The notes under the pieces are model-generated. The model saw nothing but the letters and a program-made list of their open reading frames with translations, was not told the origin of the DNA and ran no database searches. Positions 9,748-17,764 of a stretch of DNA of 22,986 nucleotides are shown here, piece by piece. Made by a program: the position numbers and the translations under genes. The first letter of the stretch is position 1. Each line of letters begins with the position of its first letter. The DNA comes from Campylobacterales bacterium (lineage in GTDB: Bacteria; Campylobacterota; Campylobacteria; Campylobacterales; Sulfurimonadaceae): contig JBBRBK010000030.1 in NCBI GenBank assembly GCA_038205935.1, positions 1 to 22,986 of the forward strand, read 5' to 3'.

Positions 9748-9963
9748 CTATGCTTTTAAATCCAAGCTTTGGCCTAAACCTGTTTTTTGCGCGCTAGATT
9801 GTTGCATCTGCTGGTCGCGAGCTTGAGAATCTTGAATATTTTTATTTTGAATAGAAGCACTATCCAAAATTTTACTCATAGACTGCTCATCAACTTCTTG
9901 ACTTTTTTTCATGGCATACATCTGTGCTGCAACAGGAGCTTGTGAATTAGTAACTGAATTCAT
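9748..9963 (-). CDS. YjfB-family putative motility protein (71 aa)
   Basis: AMKKSQEV...SKILDS and C-terminal GLGQSLDLKA pattern. ATG 9963 has a CAAGGA SD; sigma28 promoter upstream. Confidence 0.7.
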   Translation of the reverse strand: MNSVTNSQAPVAAQMYAMKKSQEVDEQSMSKILDSASIQNKNIQDSQARDQQMQQSSAQKTGLGQSLDLKA

Positions 9964-9997
9964 TATATTTCCTTGTGTAGAGTATTTGCACACAATT

Positions 9998-10024
9998 ACA
10001 TCGGCTAAACACTCAAAAGATTAA
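9998..10024 (-). promoter_or_regulatory. sigma28 (FliA)-type promoter
   Basis: Minus strand TTAA-N15-GCCGATGT versus consensus TAAA-N15-GCCGATAA. Confidence 0.7.
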
Positions 10025-10032
10025 ATCTTCTG

Positions 10033-10047
10033 TGCTACTATTACGAA
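10033..10047 (+). promoter_or_regulatory. Extended -10 box, probable leaderless promoter of the GMC operon
   Basis: TGcTACTATtacgaaATG; no SD before ATG 10048. Confidence 0.55.
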
Positions 10048-10566
10048 ATGAAAAGAAGAGAGTTTATCAAATATTCTGCATTGTTACTTGGGTCTAGTGC
10101 CTTTGCTAGAGACCTTCACTACTATGCTTTACATGTAAGGATTATACAAGAACCTTATCAGACTATTGCAAGCGTACTAGAACAGCTTTTCCCTCCAAAT
10201 ATCGCGATGCCCTCTGTACACTCTTTTAATATTATAGGTTTTTTTCAAGCACTTATGAAAGATCCTCGTGTTAAAGATGAAACCAAACAGATACTCCAAG
10301 ATGGCGTAAAATGGCTCAATCAGACTTCAAAAAACAGCTATATGAAAAACTATAAAGAGCTGACACTTTCACAAAAAGAGACCCTTTTAAAACAGATATC
10401 TCTAAAACAGTGGGGTGATACTTGGCTGTGGCATCTTATGAATTTTACCTTTGAAGCGATGTTTAGTGATCCTGTGTATGGAGCAAATATCAATAAAATA
10501 GGATGGAAATGGGTGGAGCATGAGAGCGGTTTACCCCGTCCGCCAAAGGTAAACGCTTATGTATGA
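10048..10566 (+). CDS. Gluconate 2-dehydrogenase subunit 3 family protein with Tat signal
   Basis: MKRREFIK twin-arginine signal; C-terminal EAMFSDPVYGAN..IGWKW..H motif; overlaps the GMC gene. Confidence 0.85.
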   Translation: MKRREFIKYSALLLGSSAFARDLHYYALHVRIIQEPYQTIASVLEQLFPPNIAMPSVHSFNIIGFFQALMKDPRVKDETKQILQDGVKWLNQTSKNSYMKNYKELTLSQKETLLKQISLKQWGDTWLWHLMNFTFEAMFSDPVYGANINKIGWKWVEHESGLPRPPKVNAYV

Positions 10567-12232
10567 TGTTTGTATCATCGGCAGTGGAGCAGGTGGCGCG
10601 CCCATAGCTTATGAGCTCGCTCGTGCTGGCAAAAAGGTGCTCGTCTTGGAAAAAGGTCCACATTACACTGAAAAAGATTTTTTTAAAGACGAGCTTGCTG
10701 TAAGTCGTCGTGATATTTATACACCGCCACTTAATGAAGAGCAACATGTTGTAGAAACAAAAGATGACAATGGCATATGGCAAAGTGTAGAAGCAAAAAA
10801 CAGTAACTGGAACTTCTGGAACGGTTCTATGGTCGGCGGATCATCGAATCTGATGAGCGGATATTTTCATCGCTTGAAACCAAACGATTTTAAAATGGCT
10901 TCGGTTTATGGAAAGATTAAGGGTGCAAATGTCGTCGACTGGGTTATTGACTATCAAACGCTTGAACCCTATTATGATAAAGTCGAAAAAGTAGTAGGAG
11001 TCTCAGGGAAAGTTGTCAAACATCCATTTTTAGAACCGCGCTCTACTAAAGATTATCCATTTAAGCCTACTTGGGAACATCCAATTTCTTCTTGGTTTGA
11101 CCTTACATGTAAGCATCTTGGATACCATTCCATTCCTACAGCACGCGCTGTTTTACCCTACGATGCACTGAGTAGAAAAGGATGTTCCTACTCAAACTTT
11201 TGCGGTAGTTATGGCTGTGCTACAGGTGCAAAAGGCAATGCTCGCTCGGCACTGTTAGATAAAGCGATAAAAACAAGAAACTGCAAAATTTTGAGTGAAT
11301 CTTTTGTGTATAAGATAGACACTGACGCGAAAAATGTGACGAAAATATACTATTATGATAAAAATAAAAAGGCATTTTTCGTTAGGGCAAAAATCTTCGT
11401 TTTAGCCGCACAACCCATCGAAACTGCCAGACTTCTTTTAAACTCCAAAAATAGTCACTTTCCAAAAGGTCTTTTAAATAACTTTAACCAAGTGGGAAAA
11501 AACATTATATTTTCCGCTGGAGGCAGTGGAGAGGGGCAGTTTACCTTTGCAAATCTGCCAAAAGAGAAACGTGATGTTCTACTCACACGCGGTGCTTTTG
11601 TCAACCGTTCACTTCAAGACTGGTATGAATATACAAAAAATGGCAAAAAAATAAAAGGGGGAACAATCGACTTTTTGTTCGAACATGCAAACCCTACAAG
11701 CCGCGCTATGCGGGAGGTTTATGATAAAGATTCAAATCTTGTTTGGGGTGAGGCACTACAAAAAAAGATACAGTTTGCCTTTATGCAATCAAGAAAGTTC
11801 ACTTTTGAAGTGTTTAATGATTGGTTACCGACAGATGACTGTTTTGTCAGTGTAGATGAAAATGTGAAAGACAAATGGGGTATTCCCGTTGGAAAAATAC
11901 GCCTCAATTCGCATCCAAGAGACATCGAAGTTGGTGAGTTTTTAGCTCAAAAAGCGGTAAAAGTTTTAAAAGATATGGGTGCTGTGCATGTCACTTCTTC
12001 CATCTCTTCTGCTCCTCCTCCAAATCTTATAGCTGGGGGGTGCCGTTTTGGAAATGATGAGCAAAGTTCAGTTTTAGACAAAAACTGTAAAGCGCATGCA
12101 CTGGGTAACTTCTACATCACAGATGCTTCTTTTATGCCAACAGGCGGCAGTGTGCCTTATACATGGACGATCTATGCCAACTCTTTTCGAGTTGCAGATG
12201 TGATACTCAAAAGATTTAATATGTTAAAATAA
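10559..12232 (+). CDS. GMC-family FAD oxidoreductase large subunit (substrate unknown)
   Basis: [11 protein letters not shown]ossmann motif, [22 protein letters not shown]-x5-C-x4-C cluster, [18 protein letters not shown]. Confidence 0.9.
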   Translation: MYDVCIIGSGAGGAPIAYELARAGKKVLVLEKGPHYTEKDFFKDELAVSRRDIYTPPLNEEQHVVETKDDNGIWQSVEAKNSNWNFWNGSMVGGSSNLMSGYFHRLKPNDFKMASVYGKIKGANVVDWVIDYQTLEPYYDKVEKVVGVSGKVVKHPFLEPRSTKDYPFKPTWEHPISSWFDLTCKHLGYHSIPTARAVLPYDALSRKGCSYSNFCGSYGCATGAKGNARSALLDKAIKTRNCKILSESFVYKIDTDAKNVTKIYYYDKNKKAFFVRAKIFVLAAQPIETARLLLNSKNSHFPKGLLNNFNQVGKNIIFSAGGSGEGQFTFANLPKEKRDVLLTRGAFVNRSLQDWYEYTKNGKKIKGGTIDFLFEHANPTSRAMREVYDKDSNLVWGEALQKKIQFAFMQSRKFTFEVFNDWLPTDDCFVSVDENVKDKWGIPVGKIRLNSHPRDIEVGEFLAQKAVKVLKDMGAVHVTSSISSAPPPNLIAGGCRFGNDEQSSVLDKNCKAHALGNFYITDASFMPTGGSVPYTWTIYANSFRVADVILKRFNMLK

Positions 12233-12236
12233 GGCT
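12222..12236 (+). promoter_or_regulatory. Extended -10 box, probable leaderless queC promoter within the GMC 3' end
   Basis: TGtTAAAATaaggctATG. Confidence 0.55.
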
Positions 12237-12932
12237 ATGAAAAATATGAAAAATAAAAAAGCAGTTTGCATTATGAGTGGCGGAATGGACTCGACTCTCT
12301 GTGCTTACATGATGCGTGATTTAGGCTATGAAATCATTGCGGTGCATTTCAATTACGACCAACGAACACAGAAAAAAGAGCTCGAGTGTTTCAATAATAT
12401 CTGCGATGCCTTACACCCGCAGGGCACTTCGCATGGAAGCAAAAAATACACTCTTGATATCGGTTTTTTTAAAGAGCTCGGAGCTTCTGCTCTTACAGAT
12501 AGTAGTATAGAAGTCCCAACAGGCGGTGTAGAAGAGGGCGTTCCTGTGACTTATGTGCCCTTTCGTAATGGAATATTCTTGAGTATGGCAGCAGCTATTG
12601 CAGAAAAAGAGGGCGCAGAGGCGATTGCTATCGGTGTTGTTGAAGAAGATAGCAGCGGATATCCTGATTGCAGAGAATCTTATATACAAAGTATGCAAAA
12701 AAGCATAAATCTAGGGACGAAAGATGAGACAAATATAGAGATTTTTATGCCTCTTGTACATTTGAAAAAATCACAAATCGTCAAAGAAGCCCAAAAACTT
12801 GGTGTACCTTTGGAACTAACTTGGAGCTGTTATAAAAACGAAGATAAAGCTTGTGGCGTTTGCGATAGCTGTAGACTACGATTAAACGGTTTCAAGGAAG
12901 CCGGTATCAAAGACCCAATCCTTTATGAATAA
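12237..12932 (+). CDS. queC: 7-cyano-7-deazaguanine synthase
   Basis: [42 protein letters not shown] 12246 is an alternative start. Confidence 0.97.
   Translation: MKNMKNKKAVCIMSGGMDSTLCAYMMRDLGYEIIAVHFNYDQRTQKKELECFNNICDALHPQGTSHGSKKYTLDIGFFKELGASALTDSSIEVPTGGVEEGVPVTYVPFRNGIFLSMAAAIAEKEGAEAIAIGVVEEDSSGYPDCRESYIQSMQKSINLGTKDETNIEIFMPLVHLKKSQIVKEAQKLGVPLELTWSCYKNEDKACGVCDSCRLRLNGFKEAGIKDPILYE
12414..12433 (+). repeat. 18-bp GC-rich mini-hairpin inserted in frame in queC (candidate small dispersed element)
   Basis: CA-CCCGCAGGGCACTTCG-CA, 13/18 G+C, encoding HPQGTS. Only one copy is visible in the window, so repeat status is inferred. Confidence 0.45.
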
Positions 12933-13593
12933 CTTAGAAATTCTTGGCTTACATGTAAGCTATACCTATAATCCAAGACTCAAAAATAGTTATATCCATA
13001 TCCTTCCATCCGCTAAAATTATTGTCAAAACACCCATAAACTCTGAGAAGCATATACGTGAACTCGTGCAGAGTAAACATACTTGGATTGTCAAAAAAAT
13101 CAATCATATTGAAAAATATCAAAAGACAAATGTCAATCTTGAAGATGAAGTTCTTATATTTGGAGAGCTTTACAGCATCGATCATGAAGTTGCCACTGTT
13201 TTAAGAGATAAACTATTAAGCTCAAGAAGTGGCACAAATGAAAATATCGCAAATCTTTATGACAACTACTATAAAGAGATAGCTCTTGAGTATATTCCTG
13301 AGCGTGTAGAGCATTTCAGTCGTATTATGGGACTTTATCCCACAAATATCAAATACAGAAAGATGAAAAGAAGATGGGGAAGTTGTGACTCAAAAAAAGA
13401 GCTGACATTTAATATCTATCTCTTAAAACTTTCTCGTGATCTTATAGACTATGTGATCGTCCATGAACTCTCACATATCAAGCATATGAACCATTCAAAA
13501 CGTTTTCATGATCTTGTCTCAAAATACCTTGTAAACGCCAAAGAGTTGGAAAAAAGAATCAAAGAAGAGTACTATAAATTTATGGTACAATAA
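12925..13593 (+). CDS. YgjP/DUF45 (M48/SprT-like) zinc metallo-hydrolase
   Basis: [30 protein letters not shown] (HExxH). Confidence 0.9.
   Translation: MNNLEILGLHVSYTYNPRLKNSYIHILPSAKIIVKTPINSEKHIRELVQSKHTWIVKKINHIEKYQKTNVNLEDEVLIFGELYSIDHEVATVLRDKLLSSRSGTNENIANLYDNYYKEIALEYIPERVEHFSRIMGLYPTNIKYRKMKRRWGSCDSKKELTFNIYLLKLSRDLIDYVIVHELSHIKHMNHSKRFHDLVSKYLVNAKELEKRIKEEYYKFMVQ
13583..13591 (+). promoter_or_regulatory. Extended -10 box for the RMD1-family gene
   Basis: TGgTACAAT overlapping the upstream gene's last codons; AGGGGG SD at 13602-13607. Confidence 0.55.
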
Positions 13594-13613
13594 TCAAAAG
13601 TAGGGGGTTGATT

Positions 13614-14414
13614 TTGAGTGTAAATATCTTATTTGTCTGTATTGAAATTCCAAAAATAGTTACTAAAAATGAATTGGAAGCTGAATTTCCTGGGATGATG
13701 CTCTCTAAGATAGAAAACTCACTTGTTGGTGAAATAACAAATAACAAGCTGATATTTGTCTCATCTTTTGGTGTTATTACCTTTTGTAATTTTGCGCTTG
13801 AAGAGATACAATCATTCCTTTCAAGACTCGATATCCAAGAAGCACAGCACTACAAAACAGCCCTCATCAATCAAGACTATCCAATGGTAGTCCATGCGCA
13901 ATACACAAAACCTATCATCGATGAACACACTATCAAATATGATAAATTTGACAAAGCAACAGCGTCCATCATCTCTTTAGCGCTTTCTCAAAGCGTTGGA
14001 CTCGAAATTCGTGAACGAACGCTTGAAATGAAAATGACAGAGAGCAAAAAACTTTACGAAAAGATAGAAACACTGAAAGTAAAGGATAGAGCGAAACTCA
14101 TGAAATTTGCCAGCTCTATCGCAAAAGAACGTTTTGATATCCTCAATCAGCTTTACCTTTTAGATAAGCCTGACATACTATGGGACGACGCAGAACTAGA
14201 GTCGCTTTATAACCAGCTTTCCTTGCAATTAGAGCTCAAATCAAGGTTTGATGTTATCGAATATAAGATCTCTTATTTAAAAGAGTCTGTGGAGTTTGCA
14301 AAAGATATGATAAATCAAAAATCAAGTGAGTTTTTAGAGTGGATTATTATTTGGCTGATTGTGATAGAGATCATTTTTTCTGTCTATAATTTTATAAAAG
14401 ATTTTGCGAAGTAG
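13614..14414 (+). CDS. RMD1/YagE (DUF155) family protein
   Basis: FGVITFCN, ISLALSQSVGLE, LLDKPDILWD, LELKSRF..IEYK, SEFLEWIIIWLIVIEI C-terminal TM. TTG 13614 is better spaced from the SD than TTG 13608. Confidence 0.88.
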   Translation: MSVNILFVCIEIPKIVTKNELEAEFPGMMLSKIENSLVGEITNNKLIFVSSFGVITFCNFALEEIQSFLSRLDIQEAQHYKTALINQDYPMVVHAQYTKPIIDEHTIKYDKFDKATASIISLALSQSVGLEIRERTLEMKMTESKKLYEKIETLKVKDRAKLMKFASSIAKERFDILNQLYLLDKPDILWDDAELESLYNQLSLQLELKSRFDVIEYKISYLKESVEFAKDMINQKSSEFLEWIIIWLIVIEIIFSVYNFIKDFAK

Positions 14415-14420
14415 AAAGAC

Positions 14421-14864
14421 CTATTGTCCACTTGATTTGGCGAGCATATCATAATTTTTCAATACCTTTGAATAGTAATTATTGCCGTTTATTTTTCCAT
14501 TATAGCAATTAAGTGTTTTCGAAGTAAATCCGTATTTTCCTATACAGCCTTTTAATACCCAAGCACCCATATAAATATTCACCTTTTCATCAAGAAGCTT
14601 ATCTACGGGAATACCATTTTTTTTCAACGTCGACAAGTGTACAGAGTTTACCTGCATAATGCCATAGTCGCAGGTTCCATTGCTATTTGCACAATTAACA
14701 GCATTTGGATTTTGTCCAGATTCAGTTTGTGCAATTGCTTTTAAGAGAAGATAATTGATCTCATAAAATTCACCTGCATCTTTATAGTTTTGATCATCCG
14801 CAACAGCACTAGAAGAGAATAGAAAGATGGTAAATATGGCAATTAAAAGATTTAATGATTTCAT
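14421..14864 (-). CDS. Small secreted lytic transglycosylase (SLT domain, IagB/PilT/EtgA-like)
   Basis: Signal peptide; AIAQTESG, DYGIMQVNS, NIYMGAWVL, CYN, YYSKV. Confidence 0.9.
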   Translation of the reverse strand: MKSLNLLIAIFTIFLFSSSAVADDQNYKDAGEFYEINYLLLKAIAQTESGQNPNAVNCANSNGTCDYGIMQVNSVHLSTLKKNGIPVDKLLDEKVNIYMGAWVLKGCIGKYGFTSKTLNCYNGKINGNNYYSKVLKNYDMLAKSSGQ

Positions 14865-14879
14865 ATCATTATTCTAGCA
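14865..14879 (-). promoter_or_regulatory. Extended -10 box, probable leaderless promoter of the SLT gene
   Basis: Minus strand TGcTAGAATaatgatATG; no SD. Confidence 0.6.
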
Positions 14880-14961
14880 CAAATGAACTATATTGTATAA
14901 AAATTAGAAAATTTCTTAAGATAAATGACCTATCAATTTAGTGTTTTTTAGAAATATGCAG

Positions 14962-14986
14962 TATAATATTTGATGATACTATTATA
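14962..14986 (+). promoter_or_regulatory. Promoter of the PAS-MCP operon with a 7-11-7 palindrome
   Basis: TATAAT at 14962-14967; alternative TGaTACTAT at 14974-14982; palindrome TATAATA-N11-TATTATA; GAGGG SD before ATG 15003. Confidence 0.5.
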
Positions 14987-15002
14987 AAAGAGAGGGTGCT
15001 AT

Positions 15003-15386
15003 ATGTTGGAATATGTCTTAAAGAGTGATGATTTTTTGGTGTCACAAACAGATGAAAAGGGTATGATCCTTTTCGCCAATGATGATTTTTGCAAAATTGC
15101 TGGATATACGCTTGAAGAATTGGTGGGAAAACCTCATAGTGTTGTAAGACATCCAGATATGCCTCGGGCTGCGTTTAAAGATCTTTGGGAAACTGTAAAA
15201 AGTGACAAGATTTGGAGTGGTTATGTAAAGAATAAAGCAAAAGATGGTGGATACTACTGGGTATATGCAAGTGTGTATCCTATGTACGATTCGGTACGAC
15301 ATGCAAAAACATATATGTCATGCAGAAGAAAACCTTCAAAAGCAGAGATTCAAGAAGCTCAAGATCTCTACAAAACACTCAAATAG
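15003..15386 (+). CDS. Stand-alone Aer-type PAS domain protein (CetB-like)
   Basis: LVSQTD..G.I.FAN..F, VRHPDMP, DLWETV, W.GYVKN, YYWV: the FAD-binding PAS signature of Aer/CetB. Confidence 0.9.
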   Translation: MLEYVLKSDDFLVSQTDEKGMILFANDDFCKIAGYTLEELVGKPHSVVRHPDMPRAAFKDLWETVKSDKIWSGYVKNKAKDGGYYWVYASVYPMYDSVRHAKTYMSCRRKPSKAEIQEAQDLYKTLK

Positions 15387-15395
15387 GATATATAC

Positions 15396-16511
15396 ATGGA
15401 TAAATTACAAAAAAATATCATTTTACTAGTTGTTTTTGGCTTACTGTTTCTCTCTTATTTGTTAACGAATTCTTCTTTTGTTCAGATAGGGCTTTCATTT
15501 GTTGCTTTGGTAGTCGCAATATTCTTACAAAATATGACATCTTCATCGTCAAATAGTAATAATGTTGCTTTACTAAAAAAAATAGACGAGATGATAGAAT
15601 TTGAGAGAAATAAAATAACACTAAATGAAAATACAACGGATACAATAGAAAAAGAGTTAAATAGTTTACTTAAAAAATATGAAAATACTATTTCAGATGA
15701 CACAAAAGTTGCTGGAGAGATGGTACTTTTAGCAGATAAAGTAGCAAAAGGGCATTATACATGTAGAGTAAATGCTGATACAAAAACTCCATATGTTCAT
15801 GTATTGAGAAACAGTATGAATAATATGCTTGACTCATCTGAAAAAAATCTAGAAAATGCGATAGGCACACTTAAAGATTTTGCAACGGGGGATTTTAATT
15901 CTCGAAGTAATATAAATGTCGAAGCGAAAATGGCTGAACTTTTGGAAAATATCAATAGTTTAGGAGAGTCACTTCAAAACATGGAGCAAGAAAATAAAAA
16001 CTCAAATCAAATGATTGTGGAATCTGCAAATGTCCTCAATGAAACAGTCGAAAATATCACAAATACGACGATTGTAGATTTTAAAAACATGATCAATGGG
16101 ATTGTTGAACGTATTCATTATGTTTCTCAAAAAGAAAATGAATTAGTCGGAAATCTTCAATCGCTTGTTCAAAATGCGAATGAAACAAAAGTCATTTTAC
16201 AAACTATTGGTGATATTGCAGACCAAACAAATTTGCTTGCATTAAATGCTGCCATAGAAGCGGCACGAGCAGGAGAACATGGCCGAGGATTTGCTGTTGT
16301 TGCGGATGAAGTCAGAAAACTTGCAGAACGTACACAAAAAAGTCTAGCTGAGACTTCTGCAACGACAAATGTACTTATCCAGTCCATTTCAGATACTTCA
16401 GAAACACTCAATAAAAATGCAGATGATGTGAATGAAATATCTGATGAAGTAGGTGCAGTTAGTAGCAAAATGGACGAGATTATTGTGACATTAAATAATC
16501 TAACAAAGTAG
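15396..16511 (+). CDS. Methyl-accepting chemotaxis protein lacking a periplasmic domain (CetA-like)
   Basis: Two adjacent N-terminal TMs, HAMP-like segments, [40 protein letters not shown]. Confidence 0.92.
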   Translation: MDKLQKNIILLVVFGLLFLSYLLTNSSFVQIGLSFVALVVAIFLQNMTSSSSNSNNVALLKKIDEMIEFERNKITLNENTTDTIEKELNSLLKKYENTISDDTKVAGEMVLLADKVAKGHYTCRVNADTKTPYVHVLRNSMNNMLDSSEKNLENAIGTLKDFATGDFNSRSNINVEAKMAELLENINSLGESLQNMEQENKNSNQMIVESANVLNETVENITNTTIVDFKNMINGIVERIHYVSQKENELVGNLQSLVQNANETKVILQTIGDIADQTNLLALNAAIEAARAGEHGRGFAVVADEVRKLAERTQKSLAETSATTNVLIQSISDTSETLNKNADDVNEISDEVGAVSSKMDEIIVTLNNLTK

Positions 16512-16530
16512 TATATTCATTTAACAAGAA

Positions 16531-16565
16531 GTTTTTTCGCCAGATGTAACAATCGGTGAAGAAAC
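16531..16565 (+). other. Stem-loop downstream of the MCP gene (terminator or 3' stabilising element)
   Basis: GTTTTTTCGCC pairs with GGTGAAGAAAC (2 G-U), with inner GAT/ATC and loop GTAACA; no 3' U-tract. Confidence 0.45.
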
Positions 16566-16652
16566 GGATTAGATTAGATCATTTGGTTAACATAATGTAA
16601 ATTCTCTTGAAAAAAGCTTCTTTCCAAATTAAGGCTAATAGCACGTATATTT

Positions 16653-17399
16653 TTATTTTACCAAACTCGTTTCCCAACCATCATACTGACCATTATATTC
16701 TAGAGACTGTTCGATGAGTTCTAATGTCAAAGTGTCTATATTATGATAAAATGGGATATCTATGCGATAAAACTTCACTCCGTAATCCGGCGCTTCAACG
16801 CTTGGTTCTATATCTTTTAAAATCTTAAAATTTTCACTTATGATAAATACTGAAAATATCTCTCGCTCTTGTGGATTTTTAAAATAACTCGTATGTTCTA
16901 TCGCCCTTTGCATAGTAAGATTATCCCCTGCTTTGCTGAGTTCATCACAGGCATGATGATTGTGAATGACCTGCCACTCTTTAGCTGTTGGAAAAAGTAG
17001 TTTTTCATACACTTCCCATTCATCGTCCATGCGAGATCCTAGTTCAAAACTATACTCTTCAAAATGACTCATCGCACCATTAACAGTATCGCTCCACTCA
17101 AAATCAAGTTTTAAGTAGTATATAAACGTAATACTGCCTTGAGAAATAACGCGTCCAACATACTGTCCGTGACGATATCTCAAACATTCTAGTTCTAAAC
17201 GATCTTCGATGAAACTTATATCATTGATCTCATTTTTGGATATAAAACCATCCTCAGTTTCTGTGTTGAGTTTGACTTTTACGAAAGCGACATAACCATG
17301 ATCTTCCTTTGAATCATCCTCTGAAACGCTGACGTTTAAAGAGATCATCGCTGGATGTGCATCGACAATTTTTACATATTCTTCCCAATATCCTTGCAT
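16653..17399 (-). CDS. DUF695 domain + RraB-like domain protein
   Basis: N-terminal W..Y, YVGRV..G...F.YY, DDEWEVYEKLLFP, GDNL...RAIEH, C-terminal GQYDGWET; AGGA SD. Confidence 0.75.
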   Translation of the reverse strand: MQGYWEEYVKIVDAHPAMISLNVSVSEDDSKEDHGYVAFVKVKLNTETEDGFISKNEINDISFIEDRLELECLRYRHGQYVGRVISQGSITFIYYLKLDFEWSDTVNGAMSHFEEYSFELGSRMDDEWEVYEKLLFPTAKEWQVIHNHHACDELSKAGDNLTMQRAIEHTSYFKNPQEREIFSVFIISENFKILKDIEPSVEAPDYGVKFYRIDIPFYHNIDTLTLELIEQSLEYNGQYDGWETSLVK

Positions 17400-17422
17400 A
17401 TTATTATCCTATTTTAAATTTT

Positions 17423-17764
17423 TCATTGCATCTCTAAGCTCATCAAAAACATATCTTCGCCATCTATTACTTTGACATCTATGCTTTGACACTTTGGACA
17501 ACAATACTCAATCTTATTGAGTTCACTCACTGTTTGACACTCCTGACACTCTATGGTAAGGGGCTGGATATTCATAATAAATTCTCCTCCATCACACACG
17601 GTTGTCTCTTTAAAAGTGTTAAAAGCGGTCTCTAAAAGATATGGCTCGATTCCGCTCATCACACCGATCTTCACTACAATTTTTGTGATTTTTTTGGCAT
17701 TATTTGCCTCTGCGTGTTCTTCACACTGCGTCAATAACGCTTGCACAACACTGTATTCATGCAT
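17423..17764 (-). CDS. hypA: Hydrogenase nickel metallochaperone HypA
   Basis: MHE N-terminus, GVMSGIEP, two CxxC motifs (CQEC, CPKC). Confidence 0.97.
   Translation of the reverse strand: MHEYSVVQALLTQCEEHAEANNAKKITKIVVKIGVMSGIEPYLLETAFNTFKETTVCDGGEFIMNIQPLTIECQECQTVSELNKIEYCCPKCQSIDVKVIDGEDMFLMSLEMQ

Noticed and set aside
12035..12040. G6 run in the GMC gene (also A8 runs in lptA and engB) as phase-variation tracts
   Set aside because: Too short for Campylobacter-type contingency loci; frames are intact.
12180..12236. preQ1 riboswitch upstream of queC
   Set aside because: The region is GMC coding sequence and promoter; no leader space or aptamer pattern seen.
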